Shown one piece after another: positions 1 through 13,716 of a stretch of DNA of 64,000 bases (position 1 is the stretch's first letter; each line of letters begins with the position of its first letter). Source of the DNA: Balanoglossus misakiensis (Eukaryota > Animalia > Hemichordata); contig CM082593.2 of NCBI GenBank assembly GCA_040954595.2, positions 7,724,043 through 7,788,042 on the forward strand. Direction: 5' to 3'. Position numbers and translations under genes: made by a program. The notes under the pieces were generated by a model, which saw only the letters and a program-made list of their open reading frames with translations, did not search any database and was not told the DNA's origin.

Positions 1-200
1 CCCCTTTCAAATTAATTGTATTCTGATTGCGTGTGCAAACCCTCTATTTTCAGAAACTTGAAATGCTACAGAATACAATATACCCCTATGTTTTATCACA
101 GATTTTCATTATATACACACAGGATAATAAAAAAATCAACAATTAAAAGAAATGACAATTTCAATTTTGACGAACGTACATCCTTAATATTTGCTTTCAG

Positions 201-3200
201 TGGTGGTTCTTCTCCAGCCTCTCGTGGTGCACCTGGTCACGGCCAGTACGGTGGTTCCCCCTCTCCAAGCCAAGGCCAGTATGGTGGTTCCCCCTCTCCA
301 AGCCAAGGCCAATACGGTGGTACCCCCTCTCCAAGCCATGGCCAGTATGGAGGTACCCCCTCATCTGCAGGACGTCCAGCTTACCAGCAACCCGCCTACA
401 AGCCAACCTCACCTCCGGCTGGGCAGCAGTAAGTTCTATTAATTTTTGTTTCTACTGAAACACAACAACATGGCAGTACCACATAAAGAGAGAGTGAAAG
501 TGCTCATCTACAAATCACTGAAATTAGATAATTCTTAGAAAGAACGAAGCAGCCAACTATAGCGTAGACTGGGCATGACAGCAACTGAAGATCCTAGTAG
601 GTCATGGCGACTGCAGTCATGGCCCTGAGCAATACTTTCTCTTTTGATGAAATGTAAGAATGTAAACATGTACATTGTTCTTTCATTTACTAAAATAATG
701 TATACGTTGTGTCTTCATGTTTCATGTCTTGTCACGTAAACCTTGCTTCATTGTGTCGTTCTAACTTGTCCATGTGTGATATGTTTCTCCATATTTGTAC
801 TGCAGAGTTTTGTGTCTGATGTCTTCACGTTGAGAATGGCAACACCATCTGTCTGCACCTGTCTTTAAGCACAGTACACGTCTCTCTTGCACTGGAGATA
901 GCACCTGACATTTATCCACTAATGCATGACTTTCATTTTGTGTCTCAGAAGTCTCATTTATTTGTCTTGTACAAAAGGTTGATTCGAGAGTGTTTAGAAA
1001 TCAAGTCCACCCTTCTGATACATGACTATAATTCTGTTTCAAAATAACAATCTTATTCAAACGTCTTCTGAAAGTTTGAGGTGGGGGGTGGGGTGGGGTA
1101 AAATAATGATATACGCTCCATTTGTCTGTCTGTCCAGTCTGGAACAATTTCTCAGATACGCTTAAATGCTAACTGGTCAAATGATAATGTACTAAAGTGT
1201 AAATATGTGTAACAATTTATTTCACGATATGAATCCAACACGGCCGACGGGTGGTCATTTTGTAACACTTTTTCATTACCCGAGCTATTATGCAGATATT
1301 TCATTCAAATTTGGAATCACCAATGCAAAGTACTCTAGTATAATGATGTACATATAGAGTCATGTCCATTGTATTGTAATATGATCCAGTATGGCTGTTG
1401 AATACCTGAGCACATTTTATTCAAACTTGGTATATACAGACTGTGTATTGTGATGTACTGTTACATATTCATCAATGTAAGTCATTGTGTGATCTAATAT
1501 GCCACCTGAGAGTCTTTTTATTATGATTTTATTATGCCAAGAAAATTTTCTTTGATTAATTTCATTCCAACTTACTATTAGTACAGTGTACTATGATGCA
1601 CATGTGCACGTTAGAGCCATTTTGCAGATATGCCTTAACTGATTTTATTCCACCGGTACAATGATTTCATTCTTTATCTTCCTAATCTATTGATCCAGTG
1701 GGGACTATGTCATTGACAGTTGCATTTTCATTGTTTTACACTAAAAATAAAAAAAATGTAACTGACCAATTTTGTGAAGTCCTGACCAAGATTAAAAATT
1801 ATGTGTTCTTAATGTCATAGGCTAACATTCCATACATTGTACAAACTGATGGAGGTATTGTAAGATAAGCTGAATGAATGAATGAATGAATGAATGAATG
1901 AATGAATGAATGAATGAATGAATGAATGAATGAATGAATTTAAGTAAAGACTTCATGATTTTAGAATGACAGTGACAGGCAATTAAAAATGAAATGTTTA
2001 GATATATGTGGTAGAGAGAGGTATTTTATGAAGTCTTGTCTTGCGAAGACATAATACTTTTCTCTTGGAATAATCTTGGTCACAATGACATTAATCCCAT
2101 GTGCGAACTATCATCGCATTGTATGATGGCTCCATCTTGCAATCCCAGAGTACTGTATAATTTCTTTTATGTTGGACAGAACAGTAAGGCCAAAGTAAGT
2201 AAATTCTTTGTTTTGTGCCCACTAAAAATGATGAAAGGTAGGCGGCTAAGCATACACACACACAATTTAACGCAAAACAATATTCCTTCATTGTGTGGAT
2301 GCAAAACAAAGAATTTACTTACTGTGGTCATTGAAATGGACAAGGATTATTCGCTCGACAGAGGTTGTCTTGGAAAGTCAGAGTATTGTTAGTTTTGAGC
2401 CCTGATTTTAAAATCTTCATTTTGAATTATTTTTTTAATGCCCATGAAAATGAAAAACAGTCTCAATTTGCAAAATATAAATCTGCCTAGGAAATTACAG
2501 ATCCTGTATTCTGTGGAAGTTTTAAAAATCAGTTGAATAGGCTAAGTCTCTAAAATGGCAATCCCATACTTAATATAATAAATTATAAGATTTTTTGTCC
2601 AGTGTTGTGTTGATGCATTAATATTTTACTGTCTGTTCTAACACATTTGTTACTGTTGTTGCAGCATACTGATGTTTAAACAAGATGTCATTACGAAATT
2701 TCACATACCATGTTTGCCATTACATTCCCTCCGTCAATTCGCCGTCAGAGACAATAACTTTCCGTTTCAGCCATATAATTACCCTGTACTTTGATCAGTT
2801 GCCTCTACCATGACACCACAACCTGGGCAAACTTTCCAAACATTATCTATCCAATTATTATCTATCCAATTCACACCTCAGACTAGCTGAATCTCACTTG
2901 TGATATGTGTGTCTTTTCTTTCCCTTTTAACTTCATTCATTTCTCCAAGGTTTCCACACCGGGACATACAGAGTATTCGACCAGCATTTAAAACACCTCC
3001 AGTTGATCCCAATGAAGTCATTGCAAGGGCACTAAGTCAAAACCCAGATGCCACAAAAGAGTAGGTGTCTACTGAACCAGACTATAATTTTCAACAAAGT
3101 AGACAATTTGTCGTATTTTTTCAAATTTTACGACAAACTATAAAAAAAATTCCAAATTAGAATTGAGTATGATGCAAAGCATGCCAGTATATCATATGAG

Positions 3201-6200
3201 ATATGTATTACAAATTTCTTATTCCCATATGCAAGCAAACCAATATGTTTACTGTGCCTTTTTGTAAACATTTTCCCTTATGTCGTAACATGGCAGCTAA
3301 CTTTTGGCTGAGCTTTGCTTATATCTCTTAATTACATTCGAGTAAAGTTTTTCCGATCAAAGCTTTTAAATATGACAAGTTTCTGTCTGTATAGCATCTA
3401 CTGCAGGATATCATTTCTCACAAGCTTTGCCAAATCTTTGAGAGTACAGTTGAAAGTTAATTTCGCAGCAAGTTAATGGTAATTATTTAGCTAACTTCCC
3501 TTCCTATCGAGCAGATAAAACTCCACATTTCCCTAATTTCTGCTTTGCTGATTCAATCATGCCAATAACTTGACTGTTTCACCTTGTCTAGTATTTTTGG
3601 TATTAAGCCAATATTCACTCCGGTTAAAAAATCCAAACCGCCAAGTTTGGGTTCCAGCAGCCCGCTAAGCAGTCCCTCTGGAAGCTTTGATTCTGGGTAA
3701 AAAGTTCTTCATTTTCATTCCGATTCCGATTGTCTTGGATGCTAATCCGCATGGTGTCTGCACACAAATCCAATCCGTGATTAACAACGCAACATCTTAT
3801 CCCCAAATCCGTTATCCGGTAGTGATAGCGTGCCACCGTCGTTTTCCCCCTTAATGTTTTATTAGCCCGTCTGTTGTGCCAATGTCTTTCCCGAATGTGG
3901 GGAATGTCTGTCTGTTGGTCACTGTGTCGTCAGTATCTAACGGACCATCTCATAGATTGAAGTAACCAGTGCTGTACATTTTCAATTCTCCCTACCTTAA
4001 ATAGGTTTTAAGCTACCTAAGTGAGTGATGAAAATCTCATATGGTCGACACAATTTCAAGATGGCCGATTTTTGCCATGTTTAAGAAATGGGAGTTCATA
4101 AGCTAAATTGATGATGGGTCATTCTGAAATTTTTTAACAGAAAAAATAACAAAATGTGAAAAAAGTTTAATGAGTTTAATATGCTAACCTTTGACCAAAG
4201 GAAGTCATGAAATACAGTAAACATATCATTTCTTCTATCTCTTACTACAGTGGGTTGTCGACTTTTCGCCCAGAATGCAATGTGATTTGACCCCCTAGCG
4301 CAAAGTGAAAACCTATTTAAGGCAGCCAGAATTAGTCATTAGTGTATGCTTGAGCACAGTTCAGAGTGGCATGTGAATTAACAGTTGGTTTGCACGCGTG
4401 AGAAACTTAAACCATCATGACACACATCCATGGGATGAATGCTGGACAGTTTCATACAAACTCTTTAGGGAGAAACAGATTTTATGAGATTTTGGTTGGC
4501 GTGTTTTGCATAATGAAGGGTTATTTATATAATGATTTAAGACACTATCTGAACGTGTGACGATTGCAGTGCATTGATAGAATTATCACATAAAATCTTA
4601 GATAAAATACACCAGTATATTTTCAGAATTTCAAGTAAAAAGCACACAATTTTAATAGTTTTTGAATTATTTATTTCACGACTGCTCACATAATGAACAT
4701 ATAAATAATAATCAGTTTTATAGCAGACCACGTATAAATTAGCAGTGATTGTTTTTATTTTATTTTATAAAATGCTAACTGCTTTTTAGTTCAACATGCA
4801 AAATTATGTGAACTTCTCTCACAAAATGAAATTATCCAACATAGTATAAAAATGTAGCATCTTTGTCCCTTTAATGCATATATTAGTCCCTTTAATATGT
4901 TATCAACAACTTTTAGCTCGTGAATTTTCAAAGAGATCCATTATTTAGTTGTTAATAGTATTGTGTTGCACGTCCCAACCGTATCCCAATTTACACAGCC
5001 TATTAATTTGAATTGCCTACCTAAAATAGTTGCATGTTATTCCATGTTTGTTGGTTTGTTTATGCAAATCAGATCCAACTCCTGAGGTTATCCAGATGAA
5101 AGCACACCATCAACCATTGAAGATTATATCAATGTTAAAGCCCCAATAGCTGCCATTTCTAGTAGATAAAATACTTGTGATCTGTGTTCTCGTCATCCTT
5201 TGGCGAGTTTTTCACTCTCATGTCTACAAGTGGGATGGAAGTTGGGTGTGGTCAAATCCACATGTAGAATAACATCAACTGTGTCTTGTATCAAACGGGC
5301 AGCAAGAGAGAGACTTTGTCCCTTTAACTATAGGGGAGGAGCCTCAGGATTCTTGTATGTTCCACAAGCTTATAATAATTACAAGGTAGATGCACATGTA
5401 CAGATAATGCTGTCACTAAAAACCTGATATACTTGACCTTATTTGGGCAACCGGGTCGTGGCGTGATGCGTATAAAAAAACTGCCCGGTTTTGAGCTTAT
5501 ACCCAGGCACATGAATCTAGGTATATGATAAACCGGTATAGTCCATGGGTTTGTAGGTATGCAAGTATAACCACAATGCATTTCAAATGTGAATTACATG
5601 CATTTTCAGTATACATATTACATAAATATTATTATGTATAGTAAACATGACTGACAAAGATGGTGGATTTGTAACAAATAGAAGAATTATGGCGAATGGT
5701 TACCATCCCTTGTAATGATGGTGACTCTTCAGGAAGTAGACTTATCTCTCAGTGTATTTAGCGAGAGTCAGTCTTTAACCCTTTCAATTACCATGGTTTG
5801 GTCCAAATCCATTGTTTTTATATGGCAAAGTTGGCACCTCTGCAGAGAGAAATAGGGATGAAAGGGTTAAAGCCTCACTATCTGTAACTTTTGTGTATTT
5901 TTTCAATATTTTTTGTTCTACGTATTATATCAAGTGTATTTTGCTTCCTAAAGCAAAGTGAAAGGTGCTGTATGTATCTTCTCAACACAGTCAATGTGTG
6001 ACTTGTTGGCGTGGCACGCTGAAAACTAGCCATTTGGGGATAGTGTACGGAAGAGTACAAGAAAATGTAGGGATACATGAAAAGAAAATATTCAGAAGTT
6101 ACACATAGTACCCCATTAACTGTGTAAAGTTATAGTACATACACATAGCACAATGTGAAATATGCTGGTGTATTTTCAAGAACTCTTCTTACATTCCTGT

Positions 6201-9200
6201 AAGATGTGTCACATACATGTACATGTAATTGATTGAATGATTTAAATTGTCATCACAAGACTAAGATTAAGTCGAGACAATTGGCAGAATGTAGCCTGCA
6301 TAAATAATGGCATAACATCACTCTATATTCTATATACACACTAAAACCAATCACTATTTTGCATGCTTGCAATAACCACATGTTGCTCTCCCAGTTTAGC
6401 CTCATCGTTCTATGTATGTCTTTTGTGTGTTGCGGCCATTTTGTTTTTTGTTGTGGTGTTTTTTATGTACATGTAAGTCTGTGGGGAACTTCAGTATAAT
6501 CACGTGAATAGGATTGTTGATTTTGTTGTCTGTGTTCATCCTCAGAAAGCAGTTATCAGCTCCTCATCAATATGCAGCTGCCGCTCGAGGCCCCCTAGGT
6601 GGCGGTGGACATAGTAAGTCAATTTCAGTGTCTTTGTCAAGTTTGGAAACATTGAGAAATTATTTGCTAACCCTCAGGTTATTGGATTTTAGAAAAATCT
6701 CATTAAATTTTCACAAATCTTCATCTCTGGACCCAGAGATTATCGAGTGTGGGATTATGTGTATGTGCATATTCACCTAACCGACGTCACAAAGATTGTT
6801 AGAATTTTGATTGGTCGACCCCTTTGGTCGCCATTTTGTTTTTTTTTAATTTGAACAAACACTTTGTGGAGGAGAGAGAAAGCAAGCAATTTAGAATTAA
6901 AATTGACAAATAAATTGAATGTTTCAGAACCTATGCCACCTCGTCCAGCTGGTGCTCCTAGGCAACAGATTCAGAGAGGTGCTATGAAGACGACAAGTCT
7001 ACCACCAGGAACGCGTACACCAATGTGCGATAGTTGTGGTGAAACCATCAGGTTTGTTGCTTATATCTGTGTATAGTGAATGTAACACAAGAAATTTATG
7101 GTTTGCCCAGGCGTAGTTAAATCAAATCAAATCAAACTTGGAACTTGAACAAAAGGTAATAGGTCAGAATGAGTCTACAAGTTAAGGTATACCAACTATT
7201 TTTCAGTCCTATTCTCGTTGTAAACCAAACAGTTATCTTTTTTCACATTCATTATGTTTGTTTGATTATTATTATGAGAATAAACTATTATTAAATGATG
7301 TTTATATATGTGCAAGTTATATGCGCAATATGAAAATTCATGTTAGCTGTGAACTACTATATTGATCTAGTGGGGATGGCATATCTCTTAGATTTTACTG
7401 GTATTGCAAATTGAAATTGAAGTAAACAAATTTCCATTAATGGGGTTATTAGGTCTCTCTCTTGTCTACTGGTAGTGAGAGTACTAATGAAATGTGGAGT
7501 GCGGAGACTTGATTGCTTTATTGTGATCCCGGTTTTCTGTACCAACAGAGGTCCTTTCGTGAATGCCATCGGAAAGAACTGGCATCCGGAGCACTTCCAT
7601 TGTTCCCACTGCAGTGTCAACCTGATGGAATTGGGTTTTGTTGAAGAAGGTGGACAGCTGTTCTGTGAGAACGACTATGCTGCATACTTCGCCGCCTCCT
7701 GCACTAAGTGCCAGCAACCCATTATTGGGGTAAGACAAACGAGAGTTATCCCCTTTCACCCCTCTTTCCCTATGTAGAGGTCCAACTGTGTTAGGCACTC
7801 AAAGACAGTACAGAATTACTTTGCAAACTGTCGCGTTGAATGGTCTTTCATACCAAAACATGACAGTTTGCAAAGTAATTCTGTACCGTCTGTGATTTCA
7901 GCAATTTTCTTAAACTGGACCATAGAAAATAATTGATTTGGACCAAACTGTTGTGCTAAGGGTTAATGTCCACATCTCTTTATATATTGTTTTTCAACAA
8001 TGAATGAATCTTTTGAAAGTCATAATTCTTAGTGACATATTGAAGCCCGAGTAGCTGCTACTTTTAGCATATTTTGCAACTGAGAAAAGTTTTAAATCTT
8101 CTTCACCCTAGTCAACAGTTATCCCATTTTGAATTTGTGGACATTCTAATTCCCCTGTGTGTATACCACAGTAACTATCCACTCTTACAATGGGTGGCTG
8201 AATAAATTGTTGCAGAACCCCTCTATCATTTAACTTGGTCATATGTAAATGGATAGCCATAATACACCCTTTTCGTAAATCTGGCGCCCCCCTGCGGCCA
8301 TCATGGATTTGAACTCAAACCAAGGCCAATGGGGAAATATCCTTGATGTGATTGGTCAGCTGTACCCTATTGGCCTCGCTTTGAGTTTCATTTTGTGATG
8401 GCTGCAAGAGGGCGCTAGACTTATGAAAAGGGTCTATAAGATGTTTATAAAATGTTTGTGCATACCATTTCTACACTCATTTAATTGAACCATTCTAAGT
8501 TTGAAAATAAAATCATGAAAATAAATGTGAACAATAGCAGCTATTGCCATTTTAAGGTGGTAATGCAGTCTTATAATGCTGACATTTCTTGTTATCTTAT
8601 TCAGGATGTTTTGAATGCACTGGAACAAACTTGGCATCCAGATTGTTTTGTCTGTGCTCAGTGTCACCGTCCGTTCTCTGCAATGGGTGCTGGGAGTAGC
8701 TTCCATGTGGAAGATGGGAAGCCCTACTGTGAACAAGGTATGATGACATAGTAAGAACGAGGTGAATCATTATTGCTGATGAGTCTGTGATTACATGATT
8801 ACATGGATTTGGGGCTTTTTTGCGTTACATATTACTCAACCATTGTCTTTCAATGATAATAATTTAACCAAAGCAATAAAAAACACGAGCTAAAAAACCA
8901 AGTTGCACAAAGTGCTTTAAAAACCAAATAGAGCAAAACTTGCCAATGTGAGTAAATTGGGCAAATAACAGATAATTGATGAAGGCCCCTAAACAGCAAA
9001 CGAACCTGTATAGTGCCATCATTAAACTATAGTATCAGAAAAGGCCCATATGAGCATCATATTTGAGAAATTTAGCCCCCAAAATTACCAGAAAAAATAA
9101 GCAGTGACCCTTGATCTTGTTATATATACGGAGAAGTAACGACTTGAGAGTTGTTTGAAACCATGGCATTTGGGTCAGGCATTATATATATGCACATGGA

Positions 9201-9973
9201 TCACTAAATCATTACTCAATTACTTTCTTTTGTAGACTGGAATGAACTTTTCACCACCAAGTGTGCTGGATGTCAATTTCCAATTGAGCCTGGCGATAAG
9301 TGGGTGGAGGCACTTGAGAGCCAATGGCACACGGGATGTTTCACCTGTACGGTAAGTAAACATAACTAGCCCACCGATAGTTATATGTAGGAAAACCTGT
9401 CGAAAGCGAATCCTGTCCAATCTGGAAACCTATCTATACCGTACACCATTTCCAGTCTTTATGCATGGAACCTCATGTAAACTGGACAATCTCTAGCTAA
9501 GAAATCTTGGTGAGAACAAAGAACATTGCTAAAGAAAGATGGTGCCCAATAATCCTTTTTGGGTGTCAATGTTGATCATGTACCAGGGGACACAAGAATT
9601 CAGACCTTCACATGATAAAAGCGCATAGAAGTTTATTAAGAACTACCTCTCATGAACTGACTAGTGATAGTGGGACTGTGACTCTCATTGAGAAAGATGT
9701 TCCAAATTTTTTTCAGTAGTGTACTGTAAATGTGTTATGGTTTTCATACTGATTGTATTGTTTAACAAAAAAGGCAGCACAAAGTTATTGCCATTTGGAT
9801 GATAAACATTTGGTCATTTAATATTAATATGAATGATATGTGTCATATTTATAGCATTAACAACAAAGTCTGACCTTTCGTGCTGTCTACAGATTTGCCA
9901 CAAAAACCTGGAAGGGGAAAGTTTCTACGCCAAAGGAGGAAGACCCTACTGCAGAACCCATGCCAGCAGTTGA
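201..9973 (+). CDS. Zasp: PDZ-LIM protein of the Enigma/Zasp subfamily (PDLIM5/PDLIM7/LDB3 co-ortholog), 3' portion; PDZ exons lie upstream of the window
   Basis: Phase-consistent GT-AG exons 201-428, (2950-3060), (3592-3696), 6546-6613, 6928-7051, 7549-7729, 8605-8737, 9236-9351, 9893-9973 (TGA). They encode three tandem LIM domains: RTPMCDSCGETIRGPFVNAIGKNWHPEHFHCSHC...LFCEND; CTKC...ALEQTWHPDCFVCAQC...PYCEQD; KCAGCQFPIEPGDKWVEALESQWHTGCFTCTIC...RPYCRTHA. This matches the Enigma-family C-terminus. Exons in parentheses are less certain. Confidence 0.92.
235..363 (+). repeat. Coding 33-bp tandem repeat (about 4 copies; GQYGG[S/T]PSPS[Q/H])
   Basis: ggccagtacggtggttccccctctccaagccaa repeated about 4 times inside PDZ-LIM exon 201-428. 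Confidence 0.9.
504..617. repeat. Dispersed repeat fragment; inverted copy of the interior of the MITE at 12479-12707
   Basis: ctgaaattagataattcttagaa...gggcatgacagcaactgaagatcctagtaggtc is the reverse complement of about 12550-12662. Confidence 0.8.
1871..1938. repeat. (TGAA)n microsatellite
   Basis: About 17 perfect TGAA units. Confidence 0.97.
7804..7890. repeat. Near-perfect 29-bp inverted repeat (hairpin) in a PDZ-LIM intron
   Basis: gacagtacagaattactttgcaaactgtc (7804-7832) versus gacagtttgcaaagtaattctgtaccgtc (7862-7890); one mismatch, 29-nt loop. Confidence 0.85.
8263..8436. mobile_element. Palindromic MITE with TA ends, nested in an older TTAA-type element (about 8041-8555)
   Basis: Termini tacacccttttcgtaaatctggcgccccc...gcggccatca and tgatggctgcaagagggcgctagacttatgaaaagggtcta are inverted. 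The flank 8445-8555 resembles 42045-42150 and the end of the 32605-33115 element. Confidence 0.75.
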
Positions 9974-12478
9974 AAAGTCACCACAGTGTGCAAGGACGGA
10001 TTTATTCAATAAAGGACAAAGACAACAAGGATAATTTACAAGACATAGAAAGATAACGGAATTGATAATGTGGTAATATTTGGTTTGAGAGGAATTCTAA
10101 ACAAGATGGCGGCCTCCAATGTTGTCAGGATTATGATTGATGTAGCCTCAGCCCTGTATAAATTGTAGGAATAGTGTACGCTACTGTTGGACTATCATAC
10201 AAAATGGAAGTTAAAATCTTCCAATTTAGCTTTCTTGTAGGTTGGCAACTGCTGTATTTGATTAAATTTGGAAAAAAGGGAAAACTGGCGAAATGATACA
10301 GTGGTAGTGATTAGGTGAGTCCATAGGCCAAACTTCTGCAGTCTTTTTCAGGATTGATTGGTTGTTTGAGAGTATGTGACTCAAGGGAATAATTTGGTTT
10401 CATTAAAATGGGTAGCAAATTTAGAAACCTGTGAATCGTTTTGAGTATTAAGCCAAAAAAAATATTGTGTGGTTCTGGTAATTGATGACCTATTTAAGTT
10501 TTTGTACTGATGGTCTAAAACTATGTAAGAAGGAACTTATCGAAAACAGTGAGAAATACATACAGTGCAGAGTGCGACGTGTTACATAGATATCATGATG
10601 TTATGACGAAACAAACCAAATCTGTTTAAACCAAAAACAGAAATAAAAAAGTGTAAAATTCCATATTCTATGTACTCTCTTTTGAAAAGCATGTTTATAT
10701 TGGAACCAGAATTGTTTTTTTCTTCTTCGTACAAGCTGTAAAATTGATAAGAAAGGCATTATTATGATCCCTTGTAGAAATTGTTTTCTGATAGAAATAA
10801 CAAAGAAAAACAGCTATGATGCATTTGTTAGAAATTAGTTTTCTTTTTCTGTCGTAAATAAATTAGGATTATACCATTGTTCATTTGACTTTTTTGCTAG
10901 CTTCATGGCACCTGTGTGTTCATTTCGAGATGAATTGTGGAAATATATTTGCAGACCACAATGTTTGAAAAAAAATGCAGTAGGGAATGTTTGGAAGTCA
11001 TTGTGACTTGATAGTTTTCGACATAAAAAGCTACATAAGTTACAAAATTATTTTAGTAGAATTTTTCGGATATTGTTGTTGATATATAATGAACTTTATA
11101 GTGCAATGTTTTAATGGCAATAGATATCACAATTTCCTGTATAGAATTTGAACTGAGTATTACAGGTTTTTAAGTATGATAAAAATTGAGTTGCTACTAT
11201 AAATATTTCATTACTTTTATCCTGACTTTGAGATTGATATCAGGCACCACACATAAGACATTTTATCACCAGCTAAATGTTTCACCTAAAAGAATATAAA
11301 ATCCTACCCTTATATTAAAAAACGATAAATTTTTGGCAATCCACATGCATACTATGCATATCGGGCATGTCTAATTGAAACAAAATGCTACTCTTGTTTT
11401 GATTAAATTTTAGCTGCACCCAAACAGTGGGTGACGGAAATATACTTATTTAATTTTCGCAAAGCATTTGCGTTTCCTTTTAATTGCATGCATCATGTTG
11501 AGAAAGCAGACCCTTGGAATGAATTTTGAGAATGGTTGCAGTATAGATGTCACATTTTGGTCACAGTGATGTCATCCATAACAGATAAAAAAGTTAAGCT
11601 TAAAATGGCTGACATGTATTGTTTTGGTAAGTTGCTTAAAGAAGGTTTATTGTGAGTAGCAGTGATGTTTCTTGCAATTAATAGTCTTTCACTCCAGGGT
11701 TAGTTGTCATTTTATCGAACGAAATTAGGCAGAAATTTGTATTTTATATAAAAATAGCTATGAACACATTTTGATACTAACAATAGAGAAATAGAAAAGA
11801 TGGAATTATTTTCATAACAATGGCATTTTTGACAATGGATAACAATAGGAAAATGATTAAAATGAAAATTGTGGGTTTTTTTTAGATTTTGTATGTAGAA
11901 TAGTTACACTCTGTAAAAAATTTCTTCAACTGTAGTTACATGTTCTCAGTCTGTAAGAGTACACTTTAGGTCCGACAGTCTTGTATACCACATTTGATGG
12001 TAAGTTTCAACAAAGAAGCACTTCGGAAATGTTCAAATATGGTCAAACGTTCATTTGCTGTGAATGTTACTGTCAACATTATAGTTGTGTGACTTCGTGT
12101 ACCATAATTTTCTATATTTTTATTTGTTTTTAAAATACTCATCCCAGAAACTGTAGAATTGAAAATTGGTCAAATGTACATGAAAACATACATGTGTATG
12201 TCAAACATGTTAACAAATACACATCAAGCTGCAAGTGTGATTGACTTTGTTTTCTCATATTAAGTAACATTGCTTTATAGATATGTATGAGTCCTCACAC
12301 TTCTGGCACACTGAGAGGTGGGGATCAGAGTGTGAGAAATAGAATATAACCAATTAAAGCCTTTGACACATCCTTTTGACCATATATAGGCATATGTAAA
12401 TTAGATGTGACTGTCGAGCTTTACGAGATGCAATCTACCAATGAACTCACAAATGTGTCTTTTGGGTTATTTTAATGG

Positions 12479-12707
12479 GAAGGGGTCGTCGCGTCGCGTG
12501 GGTGTCCCCCTTGATGAGAATATGTCCTCCCATACCAGCACATACCCCACTGCAGTCGCCACGACCTACTAGGATCTTCAGTTGCTGTCATGCCCTGTCT
12601 ATGCTACGGTTGGCTGCTCCGTTCATTCTAAGAATTATCTAATTTCAGGGATTTGTGGATGAATTGTAATGTTTATAAACAAACAAACGCAGCGTGACGA
12701 CCCCTTC
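12479..12707. mobile_element. MITE with terminal inverted repeats
   Basis: TIRs gaaggggtcgtcgcg / cgtgacgaccccttc; the interior is also present, inverted, at 504-617. Confidence 0.75.
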
Positions 12708-13499
12708 ACTTTAATCTCTCCAAAGACTGCACTTCTTGCCAAAGTTACATAAACTCAGTTGTTGCATTTGGAAAGCTTTTACAAGTTTGTGTTTGTGATA
12801 ATTCTTGGATGTCATTTGATGGTCATGTGCTTGATGTCTTGCTTTGACAATTAATGTAGTTCTTTTACATGTAGCTGCCTTGTCATTAGTTTACAGTAAG
12901 AGACCAAAGACAACATTTAAAATTGGCTTGCCAAATTAGACCAGGTGTCTTTTCCAAGTAGTGTAAATTCATAAACCTAATGTGAATCGTTGCACTAGTT
13001 TGTAATAAAGGTAATTTTGTTTGTGTTGGGTAGTAAATACTTTTGTGTCGATGGTCGTTTTCATGTTTTGTTCTTCACTCTCTTATTGTTGATGGCAAAC
13101 ATATTTTACATTGGATATTGCAAAGTTAGAAAAATGACAATAAAATTAGCAGGACATATAAATGAAAGATTGAAAGTAAGCAATTACACTATTGCTAGTG
13201 AACATACAGTCCCTTCCATGACCATACCCATCTTCATACAAGTGCAGATACACACAAATACAAGAGTTTGATCTAATGGTAGTATATGCCAAGAGAGTCG
13301 TAAACTTTTTTTTCTAAGAGACCTTTGAAATGGAGACTAAAAAATGTGTGGTCACTGTGAAAAATTTTGAATGAGAGAGCAAAAGTGTCTATCTTTTTAC
13401 CCGTCGTGATTGTGCATTGATATATACAAGAATAATACAACAGAAACTTAAATCCAACCGCTACTATTAGCAAGACTGTTAATAAATACACCGCATGTT

Positions 13500-13716
13500 G
13501 CCCTTTCTGACGCGTGACGCCCTGGCAGACCTGGGCCCTGGCTTTCCTCTATTGAAAATGGTTCAGTCCAAACCGTTTCCGGGAAATGGCGGGTGACTCG
13601 ACTGCAGGCAAAGCACGTACTTTGTGATTGTATGCACAGCTGTACTGCAGTGTTGTTGTGTCTGTCACCTTCCCAGTCATGACAGAGTTCGGCTTAATAT
13701 CAACGGCATAACGGAG
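13500..13716 (+). promoter_or_regulatory. Probable promoter and non-coding first exon of the CSGALNACT gene
   Basis: Locally CpG-rich patch with TGACG half-sites (13508-13519) and TTCCGGGAA (13577-13585), ending in a strong donor GGAG|gtaagg at 13717. Candidate acceptor ttttctctttatatacag at about 15571, just upstream of the ATG. Inference only. Confidence 0.45.

Noticed and set aside
235-363. 33-bp repeats as a CRISPR array
   Set aside because: The units are contiguous with no spacers, are in-frame coding sequence, and the context is eukaryotic with no cas genes.
585-612. CTGAAGA followed by a short stem as a second hammerhead (also inverted at about 12555-12582)
   Set aside because: No GAAA box or stem III follows in either copy.
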